Source of the DNA: Candidatus Nealsonbacteria bacterium DGGOD1a
GTDB lineage: Bacteria > Patescibacteriota > Minisyncoccia > Minisyncoccales > UBA5738
DNA length: 64,000 bases
Assembly: GCA_022530585.1 (NCBI GenBank)
Contig: CP092821.1
Coordinates: forward strand, 457,525-521,524
Direction of reading: 5' to 3'
Part shown: positions 48,534-58,790 of the stretch, piece after piece
Layout: each line of letters opens with the position of its first letter
Position numbering within the stretch: the first letter of the stretch is position 1
The notes under the pieces: model-generated
The model's database searches: none
Seen by the model: only the letters and a program-made list of their open reading frames with translations
Told to the model about the DNA's origin: nothing
Position numbers and translations under genes: made by a program

Positions 48534-49388
48534 ATGAAAATATCTGCTTCGCGGGGATTGGCGGCGGCAATTACGATCGCGGCGGTCGCGGCCGTAATTG
48601 CCATAATGAATGTTCCGATAATTAATTCGGCGGTTAAAAACACGGCTTATTTTATCGTCAAACCTTTGCAAAGCGGCGCTTGGGTCGCGGGCGCGCGGGT
48701 CTACGGATTTTTTGAGCCGCTTTCCAGAGCGGGCGCGCTGGCCGATGAAAACGCGCGTTTGCGCCGGGACACGGTTGATTTGTCGGCAAAGAACGCGCGG
48801 ATCGGCGAATTGGAAAACGAGAACGCCATGCTTAGAGAAGGTTTGAATTTGGAATTGAACAAAGACTTCGATTTGAAACTGGCCCGTATCGTGGGCAAAA
48901 ACATCGCGCAGGATGTTTTGATAATCGATAAAGGCGCCAAAGATATGGTGCTGGCGGGGATGCCGGTGATAACCGGGCAAAAAGCGCTGGTTGGCAAGAT
49001 ATCGAAAGTGTACGATGATTTTTCCGAGGTAACTTTGGTTACGAACAAGAGTTTTTCTTTTGATGTAAAGATCGGATCGGAAGGAATCGACGGTCTCGTA
49101 AGGGGCAAGGGCGGATTCTCGGCCTATGTCGATCTGGTGTCCAAGGGCAAGGAATTAAAAAATGATATGCCGGTTGTCACCAGCGCGTTGGGCGGGATTT
49201 TTCCGGCCGGATTGGTTGTGGGGAGCATAAAAGAGATCGACAAAAACGATATAGAAACTTTTCAATCCGCCGAATTGTCGCTGGCTTTCGATATTAACGG
49301 AGATATCGATGTTTTTGCGGCCAGCGGAAAATATCCGGCCGGTTTTCAAAACGGAACCGCGGCGGTTGAAAACCAAACCAAGAAATGA
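48534..49388 (+). CDS. mreC: Rod shape-determining protein MreC
   Basis: LENENAMLREGL, IIDKG...V..GMPV, VVTSALGGIFPAGLVVG. Confidence 0.93.
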   Translation: MKISASRGLAAAITIAAVAAVIAIMNVPIINSAVKNTAYFIVKPLQSGAWVAGARVYGFFEPLSRAGALADENARLRRDTVDLSAKNARIGELENENAMLREGLNLELNKDFDLKLARIVGKNIAQDVLIIDKGAKDMVLAGMPVITGQKALVGKISKVYDDFSEVTLVTNKSFSFDVKIGSEGIDGLVRGKGGFSAYVDLVSKGKELKNDMPVVTSALGGIFPAGLVVGSIKEIDKNDIETFQSAELSLAFDINGDIDVFAASGKYPAGFQNGTAAVENQTKK

Positions 49389-49702
49389 GAAAAAGACAGA
49401 TTGCCGTAATCGCGGTTTTAGGAGTTTTAGCTGTCGCGCAGGCGAGTTTTGCTCCGCATTTTGAACTGTTCTCGTCAGGATGGTTTGAGTGGGTGAATTT
49501 CGTGAACATCGCCGTGGTTGTTACCGCGCTTTTCGAGCGCCGCCGCAACAAGTTCGGCTGGCTGGCCGCTTTTTGCGGGGGATTTTTTCTTGATTTGTAT
49601 TCGGGCAGATTCTTCGGCTTTTGGATGATTTTTATTTTGGCGTTGGTGGCATTGATAAAATTTGTGGTTAAAAAATATGTTCGGATTCCTTCATATTGGT
49701 AA
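49385..49702 (+). CDS. mreD: MreD-like membrane protein (short)
   Basis: GGFFLDLYSG..FG; located between mreC and mrdA. Confidence 0.7.
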   Translation: MRKRQIAVIAVLGVLAVAQASFAPHFELFSSGWFEWVNFVNIAVVVTALFERRRNKFGWLAAFCGGFFLDLYSGRFFGFWMIFILALVALIKFVVKKYVRIPSYW

Positions 49703-51761
49703 AAAAAACGGTAAAATTTTTTTTGACCGGCGCGAAGATATCGAGCCGCACGAGATATTTTATGATTATCTGGCCAAGAAGCACGAAGAAACGGCCGATA
49801 TCGGCGAAAAAAAATTTGAAATATCTTTGCCCCGGAAATCTTTGCGATTGCCGCTGATACTGGCCGCGGTTCTTTTCGCGTTGGCGCTGGGCCGCGTGGT
49901 GGAATTGCAGGTTGTCGAAGGCGCCGAGTTTCAAGCTCAAGCCGCGCAGAACAAGTATCTTTTTTATAAAGTGCAATCCGATCGAGGAATCATTTATGAC
50001 AGCGATTTTAATCCCCTGGTGGAAAATTTATCAACATTCGACTTGCAATGTATTGACGAAAAAATGCCCGCCGGCCCGGAGAAAAAAGCGTTGATTTCCG
50101 GTTTGGCGGCGGTTGCGGAAATTGACGCAGGGCAGATCGAAAACGCGATTGCCGGCGCCAAGATTCCCACCGTGGAGAATTTGGGGCATCAAGCGCTGAT
50201 CGTTCTTGAAGCGCGGATTGCCGATTTTCCGGGATGCTCCATTGTTCGGCGGCCCATTCGCGGTTATGTCAAAGACATTGGTTTGTCGCATTTGCTTGGA
50301 TATATGGGAAAGATCGAACCCGACGAATGGAAAGCGGCAACGAACATTTATTCGATCAATGATTATATCGGCCGTTCCGGACTGGAAAGCTCTTATGAGA
50401 GTGTTTTGCGCAAAGATCCGGGCAAGCTCCGAATCGAGCGCGACGCGAAGGGAAACATTATCTCCCGCGATGTGGCCGAAACTCCGGAATCCGGCGACAG
50501 TATCCAATTGTGGCTCGATTATGATTTGCAAAAGAAACTATACGATTCAATGAAGCGGCAGTTGGAAAATTTGGGATTGAAAAAGGGCGCGGCCGTGGCT
50601 TTGAATCCGCAAACCGGCGGAGTGCTGGCAATGGTATCTTTTCCCGATTACGACAACAATATTTTCGCGGCCGGCGGTTTGCAGGATGTGAAAAGCTTGT
50701 TTGAAGACAAAACCGATCCGTTGTTCAACCGCGTGATTTCCGGGAAATATCTGACCGGTTCAACCATCAAGCCGCTGGAAGCCGCGGCGGCGTTGCAGGA
50801 GAAAATCATCGCGCCGGATAAAAATATAAATTGCCAAGGCGGGCTTAAAATACAAGACGCGTACAATCCGGAAAAAATATGGTTCATTCCCGACAACCAT
50901 ACCCACGGTTTGACCAATATGTACAAAGCGATTGCTGAATCGTGCAATGCTTATTTCCAGACCATTGGCGGCGGTTACGAAAATCAGCAGGGATTGGGGC
51001 CCACGCGCATCAAAGAATATCTTGATTTGTTCGGCTGGGAGGCCCTTACCAATATCGACTTGCCCGGCGAAGTCGCCGGATTCGTTCCCGATCCGGCCTG
51101 GAAAAAGCAAAAATTCGCGGGAACGCAGGACCAAAGCTGGACCGATGGCGACACTTACAATCTGGCGATCGGCCAGGGATTCATCGGCATTACGCCCATT
51201 GAAGTGGCCAATGCTTACGCGGCCATCGCCAATGGCGGTACGCTTTATCAGCCCCAAATGGTGAAGACGGTTGTCGACAAGGACAGAGGCGTTGTCGAGG
51301 AAAAAAAACCGATCATATTAAAAGAGGGTTTTATCGACCCGCAAAATTTGCAGGTGATTCGCGAAGGTATGCGCCGCGGCGTTAACGGCGCCGGCGCGCC
51401 CTTGGCGTCGTCGCTGATCTTAAATTCATTGGGCGTTCCGATGGCCGCTAAAACGGGAACGGCCCAGCTGCGCAAAGCCAGTGACGGCAAGGACTTGATG
51501 AACAGCTGGGTGGGTGTTTTCGCGCCCTACGATGATCCTCAAATCGTTCTGCTGGTGATGATGGAAGAAGTTCACGAAGGCCAGCTGGCGGTTCTTCCAG
51601 TGGCAAAAGATGTTCTGGGATGGTATTTTGAGCCGAAAGACGAAAACGGCGTTCGAATATCGCAAACTGCGATTGCGACAACCACTGAAAATGCCGGCGC
51701 CGCCATCGGCGCGACATCATCCGCGCCCGCGATTGTACAGGAAGAATTGCAAGAAGAATAG
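49677..51761 (+). CDS. mrdA: Penicillin-binding protein 2
   Basis: RGIIYD, GSTIKP (SxxK), ESCNAYF (SxN), AKTGTAQ. Confidence 0.95.
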   Translation: MFGFLHIGKKNGKIFFDRREDIEPHEIFYDYLAKKHEETADIGEKKFEISLPRKSLRLPLILAAVLFALALGRVVELQVVEGAEFQAQAAQNKYLFYKVQSDRGIIYDSDFNPLVENLSTFDLQCIDEKMPAGPEKKALISGLAAVAEIDAGQIENAIAGAKIPTVENLGHQALIVLEARIADFPGCSIVRRPIRGYVKDIGLSHLLGYMGKIEPDEWKAATNIYSINDYIGRSGLESSYESVLRKDPGKLRIERDAKGNIISRDVAETPESGDSIQLWLDYDLQKKLYDSMKRQLENLGLKKGAAVALNPQTGGVLAMVSFPDYDNNIFAAGGLQDVKSLFEDKTDPLFNRVISGKYLTGSTIKPLEAAAALQEKIIAPDKNINCQGGLKIQDAYNPEKIWFIPDNHTHGLTNMYKAIAESCNAYFQTIGGGYENQQGLGPTRIKEYLDLFGWEALTNIDLPGEVAGFVPDPAWKKQKFAGTQDQSWTDGDTYNLAIGQGFIGITPIEVANAYAAIANGGTLYQPQMVKTVVDKDRGVVEEKKPIILKEGFIDPQNLQVIREGMRRGVNGAGAPLASSLILNSLGVPMAAKTGTAQLRKASDGKDLMNSWVGVFAPYDDPQIVLLVMMEEVHEGQLAVLPVAKDVLGWYFEPKDENGVRISQTAIATTTENAGAAIGATSSAPAIVQEELQEE

Positions 51762-51819
51762 CGTTATTTACAAACAATAAGCGGCTGTTATAAAATTAAA
51801 ATACAATAAATCAAGAGAC

Positions 51820-52275
51820 ATGGCGCAAAAACTCGCAAAGAAAAAAATTAATGCTTCCGAAAAAAAGGACAAACAATCTTTTACCGCAACAGAAGTTGGC
51901 GCAATGTTGAAAAATATTAATACCAACATTGATCGATTGATTGATGGCCACCAGAAATTGGATCAAAAAATCGACAGGTTGGATGAAAAATTAAGCGCTA
52001 AAATTGACGGGCTGGACAATCGCATAGTTTCCTTGGAGAGAAGAATAGTTTCCTTGGAAAGAAGAATGGATTCGATGGAGCAAGAGATGAAAAGCGGTTT
52101 TGGAACAATAATTGATTTTATGGAAGCGATTGACTCGGAAGTGGCGGGAATTAAAAATAAACTGGAAACCAAGGTTGATAAAGACGATTACACTATAATT
52201 GAGCGAAGAGTAACAAAGTTGGAATTTCAGGCCAACGAGTGCCAAAAAATGATTGACGCGGCAAAGAAACCGTAA
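51820..52275 (+). CDS. Coiled-coil protein with heptad repeats
   Basis: RIVSLER RIVSLER duplication; KVDK. Confidence 0.7.
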   Translation: MAQKLAKKKINASEKKDKQSFTATEVGAMLKNINTNIDRLIDGHQKLDQKIDRLDEKLSAKIDGLDNRIVSLERRIVSLERRMDSMEQEMKSGFGTIIDFMEAIDSEVAGIKNKLETKVDKDDYTIIERRVTKLEFQANECQKMIDAAKKP

Positions 52276-52580
52276 TTCGTATTTGTATTTTACAGGGGCG
52301 GGTCTTGTGCCCGCTCTTTGTGTTTTGCGAATTTGCAGGGGCGATTCCATGTAATCGTTTTACATCATTTTAGGCATAGTTATTACGCATTATATTATAA
52401 TTTTGTCAAGGGTAGCGGAAATGTAGAAATTGGGGTAAGATTATAAATTAAGTTTGATATGGCAAGGCGCGAATTTGTGGAGGATTGACCTTCCAAAGCT
52501 GAGGTCAATTGAAAACAATTTATAAAGGGGTCGCACCCCTGCGCGCTCGCAGGGGAACGACCCCTAATACGAATACTTAA

Positions 52581-54128
52581 ATGGCAAATATTGAGGAACT
52601 TAGAGGGGCGCGGTTAAAGAAACTGGAAACCTTGAAGAAAGCCGGGTTTTGGGCTTATCCGATCGCGACAAGCCGGACGCACACGGTTCGCGAAGCGTTT
52701 TTGGGTTGGGATGAATTGGCGGCTTCCGAAAAAGAAATTGTGATTGCCGGGCGGATGAAATCAATGCGCGGCCATGGCGGTTTGTCGTTTGCGGATATTG
52801 AGGACGGCACCGGCAAAATACAAGCATTCTTTAAAAAAGACGGTTTGGGGGAAAAATCATACCAGTTCTTTTGCGATAACTTTGATATCGGCGATTTCGT
52901 TGAGGTGCGGGGTACGCTTTTTGTGACCAAGCGCGGGGAAAAAACCATTGATGTTGCCGGTTACAAAATATTGTCCAAAAGTCTTTTGCCTTTGCCGGAA
53001 AAATGGCATGGCTTGCAGGACACCGAGGAGCGTTATCGCAAGCGATATTTGGATTTGATTTTCAATGACGAAGTTAAGCAAAAATTCGTTGTTCGCACCA
53101 AGATAATCACCGCCATTCGCGAATTCCTGGACAAACGCGGCTTTATGGAGGTGGAAACCCCGATTCTGCAGACGATCTACGGCGGCGCCACGGCCAAGCC
53201 GTTTAAAACGCATTTTAACGCCTACGATATGGATGTTTTTTTGCGGATCGCTCCGGAATTGTTTTTAAAGCGCTTGCTGGCGGGCGGATTCGAGAAGGTA
53301 TACGAGATCGGCAAATGTTTCCGCAACGAAGGGGTGGACAAACAGCATAATCCGGACTTTACGATGCTGGAGTTCTATTGGGCTTACGCGTGTTACAAGG
53401 ATTTGATGAAACTGACCGAAGAAATGTTTTTGGAAATTTTGGATAAAGTTTTTGGCAAACAAAAACTTGTTTACCAAGGAACGGAAATAGATTTCACGAC
53501 TCCTTGGCCCCGGATCGAATTCAATGAATTGTTAAAAAAATACGCTAAAGTCGATTATTGGGAACTGAATCGCGATGGTCTGGCCGCCAAAGCCGGAGAA
53601 CTCGGGGTTGAATTCGATAAAAACGCGGGCAAAGCCGAGATCGCCGATGAAATCTACAAAAAATATTGCCGGCCGCGCATCATCCAGCCCACATTTTTGA
53701 TCCATTATCCCAAGGAGTGCAAACCATTGGCCAAACAGCTGGAGCAAGATTCCGATATTCTCGCCAACTACCAGTTGATTGTGAACGGATTCGAGGTGGT
53801 TAACGCGTTTTCCGAACAAAACGATCCGATCGAACAGAGAGACCGTTTTAACGAACAGGAAAAAATGTTTAAGCTTGGCTTTAAAGAAGCCCAGCGCACC
53901 GATGATGATTTCATCGAGGCGCTGGAGCACGGTATGCCGCCGGCCGCCGGTTTTGGCATGGGTATCGATCGCTTGGTCGCTCTGTTGACCGATTCCAACG
54001 CTCTGCGCGAAATTATATTGTTTCCGATTATGAAACCGCGCGTGGAACCGAAATCGGTTGATTTAAATTCGCGGGAGAAACCGATAGAAATTGAAAATGT
54101 AAATATCAAAAATCAAAATGACAATTAA
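52581..54128 (+). CDS. lysS: Lysyl-tRNA synthetase (class II)
   Basis: RYRKRYLDLI, GGATAKPF, FRNEG..HNPDFTMLE, GMPPAAGFGMGIDRL. Confidence 0.98.
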   Translation: MANIEELRGARLKKLETLKKAGFWAYPIATSRTHTVREAFLGWDELAASEKEIVIAGRMKSMRGHGGLSFADIEDGTGKIQAFFKKDGLGEKSYQFFCDNFDIGDFVEVRGTLFVTKRGEKTIDVAGYKILSKSLLPLPEKWHGLQDTEERYRKRYLDLIFNDEVKQKFVVRTKIITAIREFLDKRGFMEVETPILQTIYGGATAKPFKTHFNAYDMDVFLRIAPELFLKRLLAGGFEKVYEIGKCFRNEGVDKQHNPDFTMLEFYWAYACYKDLMKLTEEMFLEILDKVFGKQKLVYQGTEIDFTTPWPRIEFNELLKKYAKVDYWELNRDGLAAKAGELGVEFDKNAGKAEIADEIYKKYCRPRIIQPTFLIHYPKECKPLAKQLEQDSDILANYQLIVNGFEVVNAFSEQNDPIEQRDRFNEQEKMFKLGFKEAQRTDDDFIEALEHGMPPAAGFGMGIDRLVALLTDSNALREIILFPIMKPRVEPKSVDLNSREKPIEIENVNIKNQNDN

Positions 54129-54212
54129 AAATGTCAAAATGTCGATGTATTTTTTATTTTAAATTTTACATTGTCATTTTCCATTTTGATTTTTAAATTT
54201 TGATTTAATGAA

Positions 54213-55517
54213 ATGTTGGACATTAAATTTATTCGACAAAATCCCGATGTTGTTAAAGACGCTTGCGAAAAGAAAAATATCGAATGCGACATCAACCATC
54301 TTTTGGATGTTGATGAAAAAAGAATAAAAGTAATGCGGGAATTGGAAGCGATCGCGGCCGAAAAAAACAAAGCCTCGAAAGCGATCCCGCGAGCGAAGGA
54401 CGCGGTTGAACGGGAAGGCATCATCAAAGCGATGAAGGCGCTGGACGAGAATGTGGGCAATTTGGACAAAAAATCCAAGGAGCTGGAAGCGGAATACGAA
54501 CAATTGATGCTTAGCGTTCCCAACATTCCTTCCGATGATTCTCCGGTCGGATCGGACGAAAGCGGCAATGTGGTTGCCGAAACTTGGGGCGAACCCAAGA
54601 AGTTTGATTTTCCGGTCAAGGATCATATCCAAATCGGCAAAGATTTGGATTTGATCGATACCGAAGCGGGCGTTAAAACCGGCGGTTTCCGCGGTTATTA
54701 CCTCAAAAATGAAGCAGTGTTTTTGCACTTCGCGGTGTTTTGGCACGCGCTCAATTTGATGCGCGAAAAGGGATTTACGATTTTCGTGCCGCCCACGATT
54801 CTGCGCGAATTCGCGCTTGTCGGGTCCGGCCATCTTCCGGCCGGCCGCGACGAGATTTATCAAATCGACAATCCCGGCAAATTGGAAAGCGGCGAGGAAG
54901 TCAAAGAGCCGCTGTATCTTACCGGCACCGCCGAACCGTCGCTTTTGGCCTATCATGCCGGAAAAATTCTTAATGAAAAAGATTTGCCGATAAAAATGTG
55001 CGGCATTTCCCAGTGTTACCGCTCCGAAGTCGGCAGTTACGGCAAAGATGCCCGGGGTTTGTATCGCGTGCACGAGTTTATGAAGGTGGAACAGGTGGTG
55101 ATTTGCAAAAACGATATTGAAGAATCTTCAAAATGGCTGGAAACCATGCGCGAAATTTCCCAACAGATATTGAAAGATTTGGAATTGCCGCATCGGATTT
55201 TATCAATCTGCACCGGCGATATGGGCGCGGGAAAATACAAAATGTATGACATTGAAACATGGATGCCCAGCCGCAATGCTTATGGCGAAACGCACAGCGA
55301 TTCCAATCTCACCGATTGGCAAGCGCGGCGCTTGAGCACGCGCTATCGCGACAAAGAAGGAAATATCAAATATCCGCATATGCTCAACAACACGGTTGTC
55401 GCCAGCCCGCGCCTTTTGATCGCGATTTTGGAAAATTACCAACAAAAAGACGGATCGGTTTTGATCCCCAAGGTTTTACAGCCATATTTGGGCGGAATGA
55501 AAGTAATTAAAAGATAA
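54213..55517 (+). CDS. serS: Seryl-tRNA synthetase
   Basis: MLDIKFIR, YLTGTAE, GLYRVHEFMKVEQ, ETHSDSNLTDWQARR, ILENYQ. Confidence 0.98.
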   Translation: MLDIKFIRQNPDVVKDACEKKNIECDINHLLDVDEKRIKVMRELEAIAAEKNKASKAIPRAKDAVEREGIIKAMKALDENVGNLDKKSKELEAEYEQLMLSVPNIPSDDSPVGSDESGNVVAETWGEPKKFDFPVKDHIQIGKDLDLIDTEAGVKTGGFRGYYLKNEAVFLHFAVFWHALNLMREKGFTIFVPPTILREFALVGSGHLPAGRDEIYQIDNPGKLESGEEVKEPLYLTGTAEPSLLAYHAGKILNEKDLPIKMCGISQCYRSEVGSYGKDARGLYRVHEFMKVEQVVICKNDIEESSKWLETMREISQQILKDLELPHRILSICTGDMGAGKYKMYDIETWMPSRNAYGETHSDSNLTDWQARRLSTRYRDKEGNIKYPHMLNNTVVASPRLLIAILENYQQKDGSVLIPKVLQPYLGGMKVIKR

Positions 55518-55620
55518 AATATCAAAACATAGAATGACAATTAAAAATGTAAAATGTCGGGATATTAACATTTTATAACTTTACATTGTCATTTTGATTT
55601 TTGATTTTTACATTTTCAAT

Positions 55621-56031
55621 TTGAAAAAGGTTCTCGTTTTCGGTACTTTTGACGGCTTGCATCCCGGTCATATCAATTTTTTCGCGCAAGCGAAAAAACT
55701 CGGCGGCTATCTGGTTAGTGTCGTTGCGCGGGATGTGACAGTTAAGGAGGTTAAGGGCCGGTTGCCAAAACGCAATGAATTATTGCGGCTAAAGATGGTA
55801 AAACAATGCGAATTGATTGACGAAGCGATGCTGGGCAACTTCGGCAACCCCTACGAAATCATAAAAAAAATCCGGCCCGACATCATCGCTTTGGGCTATG
55901 ACCAAACTTCATTTACCGCTAACCTTGAATCCGAATTAAAAAAAGCCGCAATCCCGGCAAAAATTGTGCGCTTGAAACCATATAAACCCGAAAATTTTAA
56001 ATCGTCACTAATAAAAAAAGGGAGGAGCTAA
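55621..56031 (+). CDS. Cytidylyltransferase-family protein, archaeal-type FAD synthase (RibL-like)
   Basis: FGTFDGLHPGH, VVARD, RPDIIALGYDQ; TTG start at 55621. Confidence 0.85.
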   Translation: MKKVLVFGTFDGLHPGHINFFAQAKKLGGYLVSVVARDVTVKEVKGRLPKRNELLRLKMVKQCELIDEAMLGNFGNPYEIIKKIRPDIIALGYDQTSFTANLESELKKAAIPAKIVRLKPYKPENFKSSLIKKGRS

Positions 56032-56177
56032 ATTAAGCCCCATTGTCTTAGTATGTATGCTCCGGCAAGGCATACTGTTGCCCAGCCGATGAGCAATACT
56101 GGCCACCAATCGATGGCCAGGTATCGGATCCGACTTTTCATAAGAATAACATAGCATAAAATAACTATTTTGTCAAG

Positions 56178-56954
56178 ATGGAGGAGAGAAAAATTATCAT
56201 TGATCAATTATCGATAAACCGCAAAACTTTCGGGCGCGGGAAAGCGGTTTTGGCGTTGCACGGGTGGGGGGTCGGGTCGGATTCTTGGGTAGAGGTTGCG
56301 GTATTGCTGGCGCAAGACGGCTTTTGGGTGATCGTGCCGGATATGCCCGGGTTTGGAAAAAGCGAAACGCCCCAACGGCCATGGAATGTCGATGATTATG
56401 TTGATTGGGTTAAAAGCTTTGCCGATGAGTTAAAGTTGGGTAAATTTATTTTGATGGGACATTCATTTGGCGGACAGGTGGCGGCAAAATTCGCGGCCAA
56501 GCATCCGGATAAAGTTGACGCGCTGGTTTTATGCGCGGCCGCGGTAATCCGCAAGCCGCGGCTGGGTTCGCGCCAGCGGCTGGCAAAATTCGCGGCGCGG
56601 GGGAAAATTTTTTTCCAAAAAATTCCGTTGGGAATATATCCGGTGTTGCGCAAAATTGTTTACCGGATTGCCGGAACAAGAGACTACGCGCGATTGCAAG
56701 GCGTGATGGCGCAAACTTTTTTGAATGTGGTGGGCGAGAATGTGATTGATTCGGCAAAACGAATTAAGGCGCCGGCATTGGTCGTTTGGGGCGACGGGGA
56801 CAATGAAACTCCCGTTGAAGACGCGCATGAAATAAATCGCGCGATTGCCGGATCGCGCTTGAAAATCATCAAGGGCGGCGGACATAAACTGCACCGCACC
56901 CACGCGCAAGAGTTAGCCGGTATTATGAATTTATTCATAAATCATAAATCATAA
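56178..56954 (+). CDS. Alpha/beta hydrolase
   Basis: LHGWG, PDMPGFGKS, GHSFGG, WGDGD, GH. Confidence 0.93.
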   Translation: MEERKIIIDQLSINRKTFGRGKAVLALHGWGVGSDSWVEVAVLLAQDGFWVIVPDMPGFGKSETPQRPWNVDDYVDWVKSFADELKLGKFILMGHSFGGQVAAKFAAKHPDKVDALVLCAAAVIRKPRLGSRQRLAKFAARGKIFFQKIPLGIYPVLRKIVYRIAGTRDYARLQGVMAQTFLNVVGENVIDSAKRIKAPALVVWGDGDNETPVEDAHEINRAIAGSRLKIIKGGGHKLHRTHAQELAGIMNLFINHKS

Positions 56955-56972
56955 ATCATAAATCTTTGCATT

Positions 56973-58655
56973 ATGGAATTCTGGGCTTATCCTTATTTGA
57001 TCTGGTATCTGGCGATGTTTTTATTTTGGATGCTGGCCGCCCATCGGCAGATTTTGTTTTGGCTTTATTTGTGGCAGTTGAAGGAATATCATTCGGGGCG
57101 GTTTTTGGCGCACTTTGAAACCGCCAAAGGCAAAAGCATATTTATCAACCCTTTGTTTCTGGCCAAAGCCGGGGTCTTGATTTTCGGTTATTTGTATTTA
57201 ATGGATTCGAAAGAATATTTGTTGTCGATTGTCGCGATCTTTTTAATTTTTTTCGCGCAAGCGGCGGTTTCGCTGGCGAATATCGCAAAAAAGAATTTGT
57301 TGCAGCCCGCGATAACGAAAAAATCGCTGTTGCTGGCCGCGGCAAGCCATATTCTGTTATTTGGCGCCGCCATCCTGTTTTTTAATGTTTTTTTGGGTGA
57401 AATGAGCGTGCCTGATTTTGCCGCCGGGGCGTTTTGGCTGTTGTTGTTCGATGTGTTGATTCCCTTGATTGTTTCAGCGGTCGTGCTGATTCTCCAGCCG
57501 TTGACCATATGGCAAAAGAATAAAATTTTAAAAAAGGCGGCCGCGGTCATTGAAAAACGGCCGGATTTGACGGTAATCGGAATCGTTGGAAGTTACGGTA
57601 AAAGCGTGACCAAGGAATTGTTGGCCGCCATCCTTTCCGAAAGATTCAAGGTTTTAAAAACCCAAGCCAACCAAAACACGGAAATGGGGGTCGCGCTTGC
57701 CATAATCAATAATCTGAAACCCGAACATCAAATTTTTGTTTGCGAGATCGGCGCGGTGCACAAGGGTCGGATCAAGCAAGTGGCCGGGATCGTCAAGCCG
57801 AAAATCGGGATTATAACCGGGATCAATCAGCAACATTTGGGCGTATTCGGCGGCCAAAAAAACATAATCGACGGAAAATTTGAAATTTTGGACGCGTTGC
57901 CGAAAAACGGCACGGCAATTTTGAATTTCAACAGCCGGCTGGTCGCGGAAAGTATTGAAAAACAAAAAATCAAAACAGATAATGTCATTTTGGCCGGAAA
58001 AGATATTTGGGCCGGGGAAATCGCGGCGGCAATTGATCGCTTGAGATTTGTTCTTAATTATAAAAACGAAAAAATCGCCATAGACATCAACGCCCGCGGA
58101 GCATTTATGGTTGAGCCGGTATTGTTGGCGGTTTCGGGCGCGATCGCCGCGGGAATGGCTTTTCCCGAAGTCGCGAGGATTATCAATCAAACCGATTTTA
58201 CTCCGTTTAATATTATATTTAAAAGGGTCCGACCCTTTTTAGACCAAAAGGGTCGGACCCTTTTAAAAGAAATCGATGTTTTTAATTCGACCTATTCGGC
58301 CAACCCCGATGGCGTTATCGCGCACTTGGATTATTTGAAATTGCATTCCGGGAAGAAAGCGATAATTATGCCTTGTTTGATCGAGCTTGGAAGCGCGTCC
58401 AAAGAAATCCATCGCCAAATCGGCCAAAAGATCTCCCAAGTTTGCGACTTGGCGATTATCACCACCGGCGACCATTTTGAAGAAATCAGAAAAGCCGCCG
58501 TTGGCGCGGGAATGGAACCGAACAATATCGTGTTTCTTGAAAAATCGGTTGAGGTAAAAAAATTGATAGAAAGCCGTTTGTCGGACGGTGACGGGGTTTT
58601 GCTCGAAGGCAGGCTGGCCGAAAGTTTGATGGAATTATTTTTGGCGGTAAAATAG
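56973..58655 (+). CDS. Mur ligase (MurF-like) with N-terminal membrane domain
   Basis: GIVGSYGKSVTKE, NQNTEMG, VCEIGA, YSANPDG, IELG. Confidence 0.88.
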   Translation: MEFWAYPYLIWYLAMFLFWMLAAHRQILFWLYLWQLKEYHSGRFLAHFETAKGKSIFINPLFLAKAGVLIFGYLYLMDSKEYLLSIVAIFLIFFAQAAVSLANIAKKNLLQPAITKKSLLLAAASHILLFGAAILFFNVFLGEMSVPDFAAGAFWLLLFDVLIPLIVSAVVLILQPLTIWQKNKILKKAAAVIEKRPDLTVIGIVGSYGKSVTKELLAAILSERFKVLKTQANQNTEMGVALAIINNLKPEHQIFVCEIGAVHKGRIKQVAGIVKPKIGIITGINQQHLGVFGGQKNIIDGKFEILDALPKNGTAILNFNSRLVAESIEKQKIKTDNVILAGKDIWAGEIAAAIDRLRFVLNYKNEKIAIDINARGAFMVEPVLLAVSGAIAAGMAFPEVARIINQTDFTPFNIIFKRVRPFLDQKGRTLLKEIDVFNSTYSANPDGVIAHLDYLKLHSGKKAIIMPCLIELGSASKEIHRQIGQKISQVCDLAIITTGDHFEEIRKAAVGAGMEPNNIVFLEKSVEVKKLIESRLSDGDGVLLEGRLAESLMELFLAVK

Positions 58656-58790
58656 AAAAATACATTGATGTCGGGGTATTAACCCCGCCATCAACCAAAG
58701 GATGTTTTCTTCAAGATTACTTGCGCTTTGCTAAGGAATCCTCATTCTTTTTGCTCCCCGCAGCGAGCTGACGGGGCATAAAAAGAATAA

